From Scyliorhinus canicula (lineage: Eukaryota): 64,000 nt of DNA. The DNA lies in the NCBI RefSeq assembly GCF_902713615.1, contig NC_052153.1, forward strand, positions 51,190,763 to 51,254,762, read 5' to 3'. The notes below the pieces were generated by a model that ran no database searches, was not told where the DNA came from, and saw only the letters and a program-made list of their open reading frames with translations. Below, in pieces: positions 35,560 to 49,077 of this stretch. Position 1 is the first letter of the stretch; each line of letters starts with the position of its first letter. The position numbers and the translations under genes were made by a program.

Positions 35560-37540
35560 AATATTTTAGAAAATGATTTTGTGAGCCAGAATGATTCATC
35601 GACCAAGATCCAAGCCCAAACACCATTGGGAGTGATGTCGGGAGAAATAGCTTCGACTTCCAAGGTGAATTCATTGTTGTAGCAAGTAAAACCAACTCTC
35701 AAGTAAATACTTGGATACTGTACTGTTGAAGCGGGGTGTCGTACAGTCGATCGCAACAGCTGCTATTGCAAGTAAAAGAGTTTTTAAAAGAAAAAAAAGC
35801 TATTGGAAAACTGCGAGTTACCGGGGCTTACTTCAGATGGAGGATCGAAGTTTTCAGTGCACTTACTGATGCAGTGAATAGAGCTGCAGAGACTGCGCAC
35901 AAGGCACTGAAACGGGCCGCGTGATCGTGAACATATGGGGCAGCAGTCTCTGTCACAGCCTGGGAATCGATAATAAGGTACAGCAACAGCTAGTCTGCAT
36001 GTGTGAAGACAGACTGAAAGCTGAGTAGCACAGATCAAGGAGCTGCAATCCAAAACGTGTGGGAAGACAAGGAGCAATGGATGTGTTTATTGAGGAGGAG
36101 GAGATATGGAACTCTTCTGAGGAGAGGTTCCAGTCGTTCCTTATAATCAACATCAGCAGACCTGCACACTGCGACTCGTCTCAGATCAGTTCGTAGGAAA
36201 ACACTCATCTTACTACAGAATTTAGTGCACCCAGCTAACCCTGGAGACAAGTCATAAGTCACAAGTTAATGACTTCCTTGCAAGAACATTTCTCTCCCAA
36301 TCCACTATTAGTTGCTGAAAGATTCCACTTTCACCATCGTGCACAGGAGGACGAGGAAAATATTTCACAATTTGTTGCATAGCTGTGAAAGCTAGCAAAG
36401 TACTGCAAATTGGGCCAGCCTTTGGATGATACACTTCGTGATTGATTAATTTGTGGCCTCAGGAATGAAACCATCCAAAGGAAATTGTTGACTGAAGGTG
36501 CATTAACCCTGAAATCTGCTCTAGAAATCGCAACATCTATGGAACTTGCTGAGAGAAAAACTTTGTTGATTCGAGTTTGAGCTAAAGTCCATAAGATGGA
36601 ATCTGTGAGAAGCAGATCCACCAAGAACATACCATGACATCGCTGTAACCAAGTGGGACATAGGGCTGGAGATTGTTGGAGCAAGGAGAACAAATGGAAA
36701 AATTATGGTAAAATTGGCCACATTGCCAAGGCATGTTGGTCACGCCAACCTTCATCATCGCAAGAAAAATACTGCAAAGTCTACACAGTGAGTTTACCAG
36801 TTAAGTGGTCCAACTAAAGACTCACTGAATAACAAAATGTCAAGTCAGTTTAAGGAATTTAATCTTGACGTTCTAGTGGTACAAGGAGACCAGCAACGAT
36901 TTTGGGTCTACCAAAATTAAATGGGACACTATTAAGATGGAAGTGGATACAGGCACTGCAATATCACTTATACTTGAATCGATATGCCATCAAAAATTCT
37001 GCCAGTACAACCATCTGATGTAGTCTTGAGGACATATAGAGAGGAGGTTGTGCCGCTGAAGGGCTTCATCAAGGTGACTGTGGAATTACTGAGCAGAAAG
37101 TGGAGTTGCTTCTTCACATTGTTCAATGAAATTTTCCAGCATTGTTTGGGAGAGCTTGGTTAAGCAAGATTAAGTTATACTGCGCTGTCGTGAACCAACT
37201 TGTTGATTCTATGAATGATCTTCAACCATTTCTGAGAAAGTATACGAAGGAATTCACTTGGATCCATGACTGGGGTCAAAATGAAACTTGAGATATAGGC
37301 AGACAGTGTGCTTAAATGTTTGAAAGCGCGTTTAGCACCGTATGTCATTCAACCTAAAGTGAAGAAGAACGTGAGAGGTTACTGAAAACAGGAGTCATTG
37401 AGCCTGTCACCACCAGTGATAGGGCAATCCCAATCGCCCCCGCCTTAAAAAAGGATGGTTCAGTATGAAAATGCAGGGATTTCAAAACAACTATCAACCC
37501 TTTATTATGTGCTGATCAATTCCCTTTATCACTGATCGAA

Positions 37541-37885
37541 GGGGCAGCACGGTAGCATGGTGGTTAGCATAAATGCTTCACAGCTCCAGGGTCCCAGGTT
37601 CGATTCCCGGCTGGGTCACTGTCTGTGCGGAGTCTGCACATCCTCCCCGTGTGTGCGTGGGTTTCCTCCGGGTGCTCCGGTTTCCTCCCACAGTCCAAAG
37701 ATGTACGGGTTAGGTGGATTGGCCAGGCTAAATTGCCCTTAGTGTCCTAAAAAATAAGGTAAATGGGGGTTGTTGGGTTACTGGTATAGGTATATGTTGG
37801 CTTGAGTAGGGTGATCATTGCTCGGCACAACATCGAGGGCCGAAGGGCCTGTTCTGTGCTGTACTGTTCTAATCTAATTCTAATC
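37541..37885 (+). mobile_element. Young HE1-like SINE
   Basis: Highly similar to the copies at 58478 and 63605. Confidence 0.9.
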
Positions 37886-38477
37886 TTCTTTTAGGCCTAT
37901 CAGGCGGCCAAAAATTTGAAAAAGAAAGAGAAGTGCAAATGTAAAAAATCTTCTATTCATTATTTTGTACACTTCATCAACTAAGACGGTCTTCACAAAG
38001 AACCGAAGAAGATGTCGGAGATTCTGGATGCTCCACAAACGCAGAACGTGACTCAATTAAATTCCTTTCTCGGATTATTAAATTACTTAAAATTTTTTTT
38101 TAGAATACTCAGTTGTTTTTTCCCAATTAAGGGGCAATTCTCGCGTGGCCAATCCACCTACCCTGCAAATCTTTGGGTTGTGGGGGAGAGACCCATGCAG
38201 ACAAGGGGAGCATGTGCAAACTCTACACAGACAGTGACCCGGGGCCGGGATTGAACCTCGGAGCCATGAGGCAACAGTGCTAACCACTGCACCAGCGTGC
38301 CACCCCCAGGATTATTAAATTACTACAGAAAACTCATACCGCACTTAGCAACAAGATGAAGCCTCTAAATATGTTGCTTTGTAACAATCAAGCATGGCTC
38401 TGGATGAAACATTGTGATGATGCTTACCAAAATATCAAAAGAAATGACAGGGATCGGAGTTATTGATCCATTATAAC

Positions 38478-39013
38478 TATTGTATCTGTAAAATCTCAGA
38501 TACTTTGACCAGTGTATTAATCAAAGGCTTTACCCAGATGTCTTTATTGACAAGGCAAAAAAAGGACAGCACAAGTGTAAAGTCAAACCAAGTTTATTCA
38601 ATACAATATATTAACCCTTCGATGAGCAATCACTATAAAGATTCCCAAGATTCTGTGTTGATGAACTCGGTTGAGCCGTGGGTCCGATTCTCTGAGTCCC
38701 GTGTTCCTCAGAGCCATCGTCGTGAAGGTAGGTCTCTGGCTGCCTCCTTCCTTCCTTCCTTTCTTCTCTGATCAGTCTTCAGAATGGTCAAGATCACCTC
38801 CACGCCGAGTTTCCGCTTGGGTGGTGTCTTTCGTGTCTACCTTTATCCCCCCCCCCCCTTCGTGCCTTTCCAGAAACTTCTCTGACTTTCGGCCAATGAG
38901 GCCTCGGGTCTAGTTTGAATTCCAATCAGCCTGCCTGAAGCTGGCTGCAGTTGATTTAACGTGTCCAATTCTTAATTTAAAATGTCCAATCCAGGCCTTT
39001 CCAGGTCACCGCA
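38478..39013 (-). mobile_element. Probable solo LTR nested in Gypsy pol
   Basis: TAAC duplicated at 38474-38477 and 39014-39017; host frame LIHYN|LKLKLQLA resumes; ends in CA; AATAAA on the minus strand. Confidence 0.65.
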
Positions 39014-39331
39014 TAACTTAAAGCTGAAGCTGCAGCTTGCTTGGGATTTATCATTCTATGGGGTTAGAGCAGTTGTCCCGCATAGGTGAAGAGCGACCAA
39101 TAGCATTCACTTCCAGGATGCCGACTAGCACTGAGTCCAACTATGCTCAACTCTAGAAAGAAGCTCTCAGCATTATTTTTAGTATTTGAAGGTTCCACCA
39201 TTATTTATTTGGGCATTGATTTGCTCAATTGACCGATGATCATTCCTTAACAGCAATTTTTGGGCCGCATAAGGGGATCCTTTTGCTCACTACTAGTTGA
39301 TGACAAGGTTAATGAGGCCATCAAATATTAT

Positions 39332-39800
39332 GGGTGGGATCCTCCCCTACCCGGCGGGAACCACTCCGGTGTTGGGTTGCTCGGAAGGTGTGGAATCCTC
39401 CGCACCTTCAGGGGCTAGGCTGGCCCCGGCGGGGTTGGCGACACGCCATCCGGCGTGGAAGGGGCTTGGTGCCACGCCAACCGGGGTTGAGGGGCCTCCG
39501 CTGGCCGGCGTGAGTTGGCGCATGCGTGGGAGCATCAGCGTGTGCTGCCGTCATCCCAGCGCATGCGCAGGGGGATTCGTCTCCGCACCGGCCATGGTGG
39601 AGTAGCTGGTGCGGAGGGAAAGAGTCCCCCCTCGGCACAGGCCCACCCACGGTTCGGTGGGCCCCGATCGCGGGCCAGGCCACCATGCGGGCACCCCCCC
39701 GGGGCAAGATTCCCCCGCGCCCCCCCCCCCCAAGGGCCCCGGAGGTCACCCGCAGAGTCAGGTATCGCTGGCCCGGCGGAGGGTAGGAGAATCCCCCGCC
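39332..39800. mobile_element. GC-rich MITE
   Basis: gggtgggatcctcccctacc...ggtaggagaatcccccgcc termini; interrupts Gypsy pol. Confidence 0.8.
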
Positions 39801-42800
39801 ATAAGTCTGAACAGCATGTGGACACTTTGCCTACGCTGCTGCTACAAGATCAACAAGACCAAAAAGTTAAACATGAATCTGATGAACACTTCAATAACAT
39901 TTTCTATCTGACTCATGTGGAAGATTTTCTGGTAACATCTTCTTGGGTGCAAATATTTACTTGAACAGATCGAGTGATGGGGAAGGTGTTGGAGATGATT
40001 CAAAAAGGAACTCTGACACAAGAACACAGAAAGATCCAGACCTTAAATCCTATCTTACCAGACATTTTGAGTTGACAGTACAAAATGGAATGTTGTTGTG
40101 GGGCATTAGAGTAATCATTCCACCATGTCTATGAAGTAAAATCCTACAACAGCTGCATGAGGGCCATCCCGGTGTAGTTAGAATGAAGGAGTTGGCGAGA
40201 AGCTGCTGGTGGTGGCCCGAGTTGGATGTCCAAATAGAAGAGAAGGTGGAGTTTTGTCAATCGTGCGTTGGTTGAGGAATGAACCTCCACTACAACATTC
40301 GGATCTATGGGAATGGCTTCATGGCAAAGAATCCATGTCAATTATGCGGGACCAGTTGAAGGACACATGTTTTTGGTCACGGTTGACACGAATTTGAAGT
40401 TTCCGGAGATTGTCATCATGAAATCCACAGCTACGGAACAGACAGGGAAAGACTTGATGACGCATTTGCAAGATTCGGGTGATCTGAACAATAACGGCCT
40501 GAAGTTCACATCTGTTGAATTCGAGGACTACCTGAAGGGGTGTGGCATCCGCTATATCAAATCTGCCCTGTACCATTCAGCTACCAATGGCTTAGCTGAA
40601 CATTTTGTACAATCGTTCAAGCATGCAATGAAGGTTTTGAGGGATAAAGGCTCTCCACCTAAACATGTCAATAGTGTCCTTATGATACACAGAAATACTG
40701 CACATTCCACAACACAAAGCTCACCTGATGTTAAAAAGGAAACTATGTGCACAGTTCGATCTCTTGACTCCCCTTTCAACTTCAGAGATAGTCAGGCCAC
40801 AACATCAGATGCAAATGGCTAGAAGAGAACAGCATTGCAAAAGCGGAGTCCTTGACCATGTGGAACCAGATGTTTACACCACAGAGCATGGACAGCGACA
40901 TGCCCGTCTTGAAGACTACAAATGCCAAGGTTAGGGAACCTGTTAAGACAGAGTCATCCACACAACCATAGACTGTTCCTGAGTTAGTTTTGTCAGATGT
41001 ACCACTGACCCGTATACTGAAAGAAATTCCTAGTGCCACTAAGGGCTGGTTTAGCTCACAAGGCTAAATCGCTGGCTTTTAAAGCAGACCAAGCAGGCTA
41101 GCAGCACGGTTCGATTCCCGTACCAGCCTCCCCGGATAGGCGCCGGAATGTGGCGACTAGGGGCTTTTCACAGTAACTTCATTGAAGCCTACTCGTGACA
41201 ATAAGCAATTTTCATTTCATTTCAAGAGCCAAATTCCTGAACGTCGTCTTCTGCCAAAAATTTGTTTTTTTGAATAAATTTGGAGTACTCAATTCATTTT
41301 TTCCAATTAACGGACAATTTCATGGGGGCGAAACCCACGCAAACAAGAGGAGAATGTGCAAACTCCAGATGGTCAGTTACCCAGAGCTGGGATCGAACCT
41401 AGGACCTCGGAGCGGTGAGGCAGCAGTGCGAACCACTGTGCCACCGTGCTGCCCGATACATATTTATTTGTGACATAACAATGCTAGTTGTGGCACAATG
41501 TGTTGGATCTGTTTAACGTGTTTAATTAAATGATAATTCCGGGGACACTAAAGGAGTAAATAAGGGGGGCATTATGTATCAGAGTAACACCATTGGGGGT
41601 TTCACAGCATTCGTAGGTTTTTGTTGAGTTCATCATTGTATCTGTTGGAGCAACATTTTGTAAATAAATCCCTTGCACTGTCTTTTACAAACTCGACATG
41701 TGCCACCTCTGATTCTTTCTCATTGCGGCTGTAACAAAGAATATAACAGCTAAAAAGAACTAAAGCCTGCTAAAATATTTGACGATTACTGATCTATAGG
41801 GCAGTATGATAATAACTACATGTGATGGTGCAAAGACTGTAGATGCTGGTACATTGGGATTGTGTCTGAAGGTACAATAGTGATTGTGTCTGATGGTACA
41901 GTAATGACTGTCTATGAAGACGCAATAACAACTGGATATATACAGTGACGCTTCTATGACACATTGGTATCTATATATACAATAGTGTAATGCATAGTAC
42001 AATATGATGGTACATTTGTGACTATATATGGCGTATTTGTGACTGGAAATTATACAGCAGTAACTGTACGTTATGTTGGTCACTGTATATGATACAATAA
42101 TAACAGAATAATGGTGACTAATGACTATATACTGATTCATTGGCAATTGCTGTATGATGGTAGTAGACGGGTGATATTGTTGGCATGTTAGTATCTATAA
42201 ATGATGATATTTGTTCTAGTGTCTGTAATAACTGAAGTTCATGGAGGTTTACATTTTAAAAATCTGACTTTATCCCAGTCTGTTCCCAGACTAAAATTAA
42301 AATGACACCTTCAAAGAAATCTGTATAACATCCGGAAAAGGCTTCAAGTTTGTTGACAAAAACAGGCAAAAGGATACCAAGTCTTACTTTTGACTCCTTT
42401 TATCCATTTGCCACCCTTTCTTGTCACTCAAGAAGAAAACATTCTTCTCTCATGAATGCAAAGGCTGAGCCAGAATGAAAGTAAGTGACATCAGCATGTC
42501 ACAGACGTCATTGTAATTGACAGAGAGCTTTGCTTACAACATATTTCTGCCACATGTCAGGAATCCAATATCAGGGCAATGCTTTCAACATCACAAGAAA
42601 TGACTGCATAAAAATGCATTATGTACGGAATACGAGTTAAATGGAAAACTATCTCTTTAATTGCAGCATTTGTGAGATGTGCAGTTTCAGGATATGATTT
42701 CAGTGGCAATGTGGGCTTCTCTGTGCAGCAATGGTGCAAATACTGTTTTTTTTAATTAATCAAATGAGTTCTGAACTTTAGCATTTTGCAATACAGAAGC

Positions 42801-43454
42801 TGTACATCAACAAAGATTGTTGAAGATACAGTTAAATGCTTTAAAGGTAAAGTCAATGGGGATTTTAGTTAATGCAAAAGGTTTGAGATGTTTCTGTCAC
42901 ACATCACACTTTGGACATTGCGCATGCAAATCTCCTGTGTCACGCTTAAATCAAAAAATAATAAAAGTGAAAGACAGTCAATCATTTTCTGTTGGCTTGC
43001 TCTGACCTCAGGCAGAGCTGGTAAATTTAAAGGTATATGCCAATCTCGAGTGAAACTTATACACAAAAACACATTATCCAACAGACAGTGGGAGTGTGGG
43101 GTATGCTTAATTAGTTACTATTTAAAATTCACTGAACTTTATTTGTTCATTGGAGTTGCTTTGGTGGAAAGGTAAAAACAGGTTCTGCACTAATAAGACA
43201 GGCCTGGAAGTATTATTTCAGAGTCCTGCGCGTTCAGTATTCAGATTCTGATTGGACACAATTCTAGTGGAGCAGCTCCTTTCACTGAAGGCTTGGAATG
43301 TGCTGGCTGATACAGAGATGCACACTTCAGAACAACTTGTATTAAGTGAGAAAGTGCACAATCTCAGATGCTGCACTGGAATGTCTGGTAGAAGAGGCCC
43401 AGAACAGGAATGCTGTCCTGTATTTTCGGGCGAAGGATGCCACACCACCCCCCT

Positions 43455-43800
43455 TATAGAATTTCATAGAATTTAAAGTGCAGAAGGAGGCCATTCAGCC
43501 CATCGAGTCTGCACCGGCTCTTGGAAGAGCACCCTACCCAAGGTCAACACCTCCACCCTATCCCCATAACCCCACCCAACACTAAGGGCAATTTTGGACA
43601 CTAAGGGCAATTTATCATGGCCAATCCACCTAACCTGCACATCTTTGGACTGTGGGAGGAAACCGGAGCACCCGGAGGAAACCCACACACACACGGGGAG
43701 GATGTGCAGACTCCGCACAGACAGTGACCCAAGCCGGAATCGAACCTGGGACCCTGGAGCTGTGAAGCAATTATGCTAACCACCATGCTACCGTGCTGCT
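43455..43800 (-). mobile_element. HE1-like SINE
   Basis: Head, core and tail on the minus strand. Confidence 0.88.
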
Positions 43801-46184
43801 CCTGTCTCGTATCCTTCTGTCTCTCTCTCCAGCAGCAGCTGGTGCTGTTCTGCCTGATTACATGTCCTCCTGTAGGCCAAGTGCGCAATCTACTGGCCAT
43901 GTCCTGCCTAAATAGGGGTGTGTCGCGGCCGGTAGATGTCAGGAGAGGTCTCTTCCTGGAATTACCCAGCTCGTTACTCCTCAAGAGGCCTAACGGGATC
44001 TTGCAAAACGTTGCGATCTGGATCACGCATATTGTGGGCGGGATCAGTATTTGGCAAATCTGCATATTAGAGTAGTCTCACTCTAACATGTGCTTGCCTG
44101 ATCTACCCGAGGTGATGGGATGTAATCCCTTTGCCTCAGAGACCTTAGGTGAGCGACACGCCACATTTCTGTTTCAGCACGCCGGTGGAATGCTCCGTTA
44201 TGCTGGCTTGCCAATGAGGTTTCCCATTGAGGGACAGCCCCACGTCCTTGGGAAACCCCCGGGCTGCCGGCAAACGGAGCAGCCCGCCGGCAGAGAATCC
44301 AGCCCTGGTGGCGCCCAATTTTTTCCTGCACTGAGGAGTTCATGTGAGCGGAGCTCCTCAATGCAGAAAACAGCACCAAGTGCAGCTTGATCATGGTGTT
44401 CCCCCTTAAAACCCTGGATTGCAACAGAGTCCTGTTTGATTGGAATTCTGTTGCAATTCGGTTAGATCGTCCCCTTAGGCCTTTGTGTAGTGAGGGGGAT
44501 GGTGTGGGTATTAGGTCAAGCACTAGACACCAAAATGCTGTACAGCCTCCTTAATGAGTCCTAGCATGAAATTTAAGATCTTAATACTGGCTATTATTCT
44601 TTTACCAAGATCACATTTTGTGCTAAACATGGCTCTACCAGCCTTTCAGTTTAAGAACCCATCTCAGGGGCTCTTTACCACCTAAAGTCTCAAGGGAAAA
44701 TTGACCCTAAGTTGTTTACTTATTTTCATAGATTGGCTTAGTCTCTCTAGATGCTTAACAGTTCACTTTACAAAAGGAAGGAAAGATACAAGTAGAGACG
44801 TGCAAAATAATGGGCTTTAATCAATATTCCTTCTAATCTGCATAGCTACAAAAGTTCCCATGCAGGCCATGCATGAGTTGGTTCCTTTAAGATACTGCTT
44901 GTGTGCGGCCATTCAAATGATTTAAAGGACCCACGCACTTAAAGTAATCAGCTGCTCATTATAAAAGAAGTTAGAGGGTACATTTGTCCTGACACTCATG
45001 AGGAGGTGGGAAGGGTGCAGGGAAGGGTAAAAGTGGAAACCCGTGTGGCAATTTTAAAATTCAAATCAGGCTTCCAATGACAAAATCCAGTGTTAATTAA
45101 GTCTTCCACCTCACCAGAGTGGGGCATCTGCATACTGTGAAAATGGCAGCATGCGGGAGTGGTGGGTTGGGGCCATGTTCCTTTTTTCTGCATATTTTAG
45201 AACCCTCAATCCTCTTCCATTACTCATAATGTCAAGACCAAAGTATCCACCTTGTACAATGAGGAATTCCATTGTTTTAAATTTTTTTTAGATGACCCAA
45301 TTATTTTTTCCAATTAAGGGGCAATTTAGCGTGGCCAATCCACCTACTCTGCACATTTTTGGGTTGTGGGGGCGAGACCCACGCAGACACGGGGAGAATG
45401 TGCAAACTCCACATGGACAGTGACCCAGAGCCGGGATTGGACCTGGGACCTCTGCGCTGTGAGGCAGCTGTGCTAACCACTAGGCCACCGTGCTGCCCGG
45501 AATTCCATTGTTTTAACCACTTGGTTCATACTATTGTGTCTGAAGGTAAATACCTTCCTTTAAGGAACATGAGGATTTTAAGGGATATGTGGGAGAGACC
45601 AATGAGACTGAATCTGAATTTAGGGTTGGTACAAAATTGAGACTTCCTCCTTCCCCCCTCTGAGGTGAATCCTTCGATTGGTAATTAGCAGATATAAATT
45701 TAAGATCATCACCATAAAAATAGATGGTGAGGTAAGAAATATTTTTATACAGATCATTGTTGGACATAAAACGCTCTTCTAGAAATCTTCTGGAAATAGA
45801 AACAATAAATGAAAATGAAAATCGCTTATTGTCATGAGTAGGCTTCAAATGAAGTTACTGTGAAAAGCCCCTAGTCGCCACATTCCGGCGCCTGTCCGGG
45901 GAGGCTGGTACGGGAATCGAACCGTGCTGCTGGCTTGCTTTGGTCTGCTTTCAAAGCCAGCGATTTAGCCCAATGAGCTAAACAGCCCCTAATAGCAATA
46001 ATAGGTTTTTTAAAAAATGCTATTAGTAGGTGTTTGGAAAGAGAGGAATGGACCGTTGGGAATTGGTCCTTCAGAAAACCCAACAAAGGATGATGGGCAG
46101 AATGACTACTTCCTATGCTATAAAATTCTAGGGCTCTATAAAAGTTGGTAACTGTCAAGCTTGCTCAGCATTTGCAAAGTTCTT

Positions 46185-46812
46185 TTTTAAAAATATTTTT
46201 ATTGGCATTTTCCAATTTTAATTGTTTGACAATATGAAACACATATTTGCAGAGTATGCGGTTTCTTTTTTTTAAAAATATTTTTATTAGGGTATTTGCA
46301 AGTTTTTATAATAATAACAATAACAGCGACATAAACATGGTACAATAAACATTTCCACCCCCATCCCAATCTTCACACACCCCAACCATAAAACAACAAT
46401 CCGGCCCACCCCCACTCCCCCCCCACTTTTGGAATACTGCATCTGCTGACATTTGATTTGTCCCTGAGAAAGTCGACAAACGGCTGCCGCCTCCGGGTGA
46501 ACCCTAACATTGACCCTCTTAAGGCAAACTTTATTTTCTCGAGACTGAGAAACCCAGCCATGTCACTCACCCAGGTCTCTACACTCGGGGGGCTTCGAGT
46601 CCCTCCACATTAAAAAGATCCGTTTCCGGGCTACCAGGGAGGCAAAGGCCAAGACTTCAACCTCTTTTGCCCCCTGAACTCCCAGCTCTTCAAACACTCC
46701 AAAGGTCGCCACCTCCGGACTTGGCACCACCTATGTTTTGAGTACCGTGAACATTGCCTTAGTGAAACCCTGCCAAAACCCTCTTAAGCATCGGGCATGC
46801 CCAAAACATGCG
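46185..46812 (-). mobile_element. L1 3' end fragment
   Basis: DMAGFLSLEKIKFALRGS..RRRQPFVDFL resembles the ORF2 end at ~11100; poly(A) signals and A tails on the minus strand. Confidence 0.85.
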
Positions 46813-47999
46813 AGCATTTGCAAAGTTACACAGCAGTTTGTGCAGGTATGTTATACTCAATGGATGTAAAATGTGTGAGGGGATAGCTGATGAATTGTGT
46901 TCGTCAGTGGGGTTCTCAGTGGGTTTATTCTCCACAGCAATAGGGATCGCATTCAAAGAGAAACATTGACCTTGATGATTCTGTTGAATGACCATCACTA
47001 ATGAAGTGTTCACAACCAAAACCAATTTTTTTTCTCGACAGTCGCTGGCTGAAATTCTGTGTATTTCTATCATTTTCTATTTTAAATTTCAGATTTGCAG
47101 TTTTTTTTAACCTTTCTTATGATTTGAAGACACAGATTTTATTTTCTGTCAGAGGAAGTGTCTTCCACCGCATTTTGCAGTGAGGCGTTTTTACCAAACA
47201 TGTAGGGAGGTGTGGGCTCAATGCTGTGGTTCATTGTGATAGCACTTTCAGCAAGAGTATTATTTCATTCAAGAACTCCCCCGTCTCAATGGGCGGGGGA
47301 AGCAGTTACGACGAGTTGGCAGGTCTGCAATTGTAACTGAACTGGTGCATGTGTGTGATACATTGCAGCATGACTTTATCCTTACACAAAAAATAATCTC
47401 ATACTTGAGATTTTAGCAACGATATGGACCAGCGGCTGAATGGTGGAGAGGAACTGCCCACATAACAGTCTCCAGAAACCGGCACTGAGCTGAGGATTTA
47501 ATGGGTTACTGATGGTGTTCAGTCAGAGAATGACTTTGCCGTGCACAAGTAAAAATCACTCTGCTACCTGAATTTGTTTACTGTCAGTCTCTGCAGGTGA
47601 TTCTGACAGAGATGTGCAATTGCTCTGAACTGAAGTGGAAGGCCTGCGTCTTACTACACTGCCCAGAGTGCCGTTTCCAGCTAAGGTCACAAAAGGAGCT
47701 TTCAAAGATCAACTATGAAGAGTTCTGTATATAAGAAAGAGTTTCAATTCTGCTGTGTATTACATCGTGCTTCAATCTTTGCATTAGTTATATTGAATTA
47801 TTGGTATGTGTTTTTCAAAGAGAATTTGTTTCAAAATATATTTTGTAGGCTAAGATGTACCACTAAGTATATTTTCCGTTATCCAGGGATATCGATAGAA
47901 TAGTCATTAGGTTTTCGTGATCTATGTTTAAATGTGATTTTAAGAAACAAAGCAGACATTTAGAATGATAAAATCCCTGGGCTGTGTGCTCCCAGCAAT

Positions 48000-48830
48000 G
48001 AGAACACAAGAAATAGGAGGAGCAGCCCATCGAGCCTCTCCGTTATTTAATACACTCCTCACTGATCTTGGGCTTCAACTCCATTTTCCTGCTCACTCCC
48101 CATATCCCTGAGACAGCCTTAAATGTACTCCACAGTGAAGCATCCACAACCCTCTAATGTAGAGAATTCCAAATATTCAAAACCCTTTGAGTGAAGTAAT
48201 TTCTCCCCATTTCAGTCCTAAATGATAACCGCTTACACTAAGATTGTACCAGCGTGCTTTAGACTGCTGAGCAGTGGAAACAATCTCTCTGTGCCCACCC
48301 TATCGAACCCCTTCGGAGTTTTATAAGTTTCAATTAAATCTTCTCTCATTCTTTTAAACTCCAGAAAATATAAGCCCAATTTACTCAGACCCTCATCATT
48401 AGACAATCCCCTCATCCCAGGGACCAATTTAGTGAACCTTCACTATACCGCCTCCACTGAGAGTATATCCTTTCTTAAATGTGGAGACCAAAACCACACA
48501 CAGTATTCCAGAGGTGGTCTTACCAAAACCCTGAATAATTGTAACATGACTTCCATAGAATCCCTGCAGTGCAGAAGGAAGCCTTTCAACCCATCAAGTC
48601 TGCACCGACCCTCTGAAAGAGCACCCCACCCCCACCCTATCTCCCCATACCCTTTAACTCCACCTAACCTGCACATCTTTGGACACACTGAGGGGCAATT
48701 TAGCACTGCCAATCCACCTATATCATACACCTTTGGACTTCTTTATTCTTGTACTTCAGTCCCCTTGCAATAAAGGCCAACATGCCATTTGCCTACCTAA
48801 TTGCTTGCTGCACCTGCATGTTAACTTTCT
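48000..48830 (-). mobile_element. Old CR1 3' fragment with nested SINE (48555-48740)
   Basis: LVRPPLEYCVWFWSPHLRKD and PGMRGLS..LGLYFLE..MREDLIETYK match the end of CR1 ORF2. Confidence 0.85.
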
Positions 48831-49077
48831 GAACCTATTTTCCGCACATTCAGGGCGGTTGACGCCTGAGTGATTGGCGCCGGTTCTCCCGCCAGCGTGG
48901 GGACTTAGTCCCCAGAAGGGAGAATCCCGTCTCTGGGCACCTCCTGGATTACGTTATTATTTGAGTCAAAGATTGAAGTGACGTCTGCATCATTTGATTC
49001 ATGTGGAAGACTGATACTTTTTAAAAATAAATTTAGAGTGCCGAATTTTATATATATATATATATTCCAATTAAAGG

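Larger units (their letters stand above)
34585..41748 (+). mobile_element. Full-length decayed Gypsy LTR retrotransposon with nested insertions
   Basis: LTRs 34585-34794 and 41570-41748; perfect TSD GCTAA (34580-34584 and 41749-41753); PBS-like TGGCGAC at ~34805; PPT AAGGGGGG; protease MEVDTG at ~36940; integrase fragments 40140-40820. Confidence 0.92.

Noticed and set aside
37541-37625. tRNA genes suggested by A/B boxes
   Set aside because: All such heads continue into a SINE core and tail.
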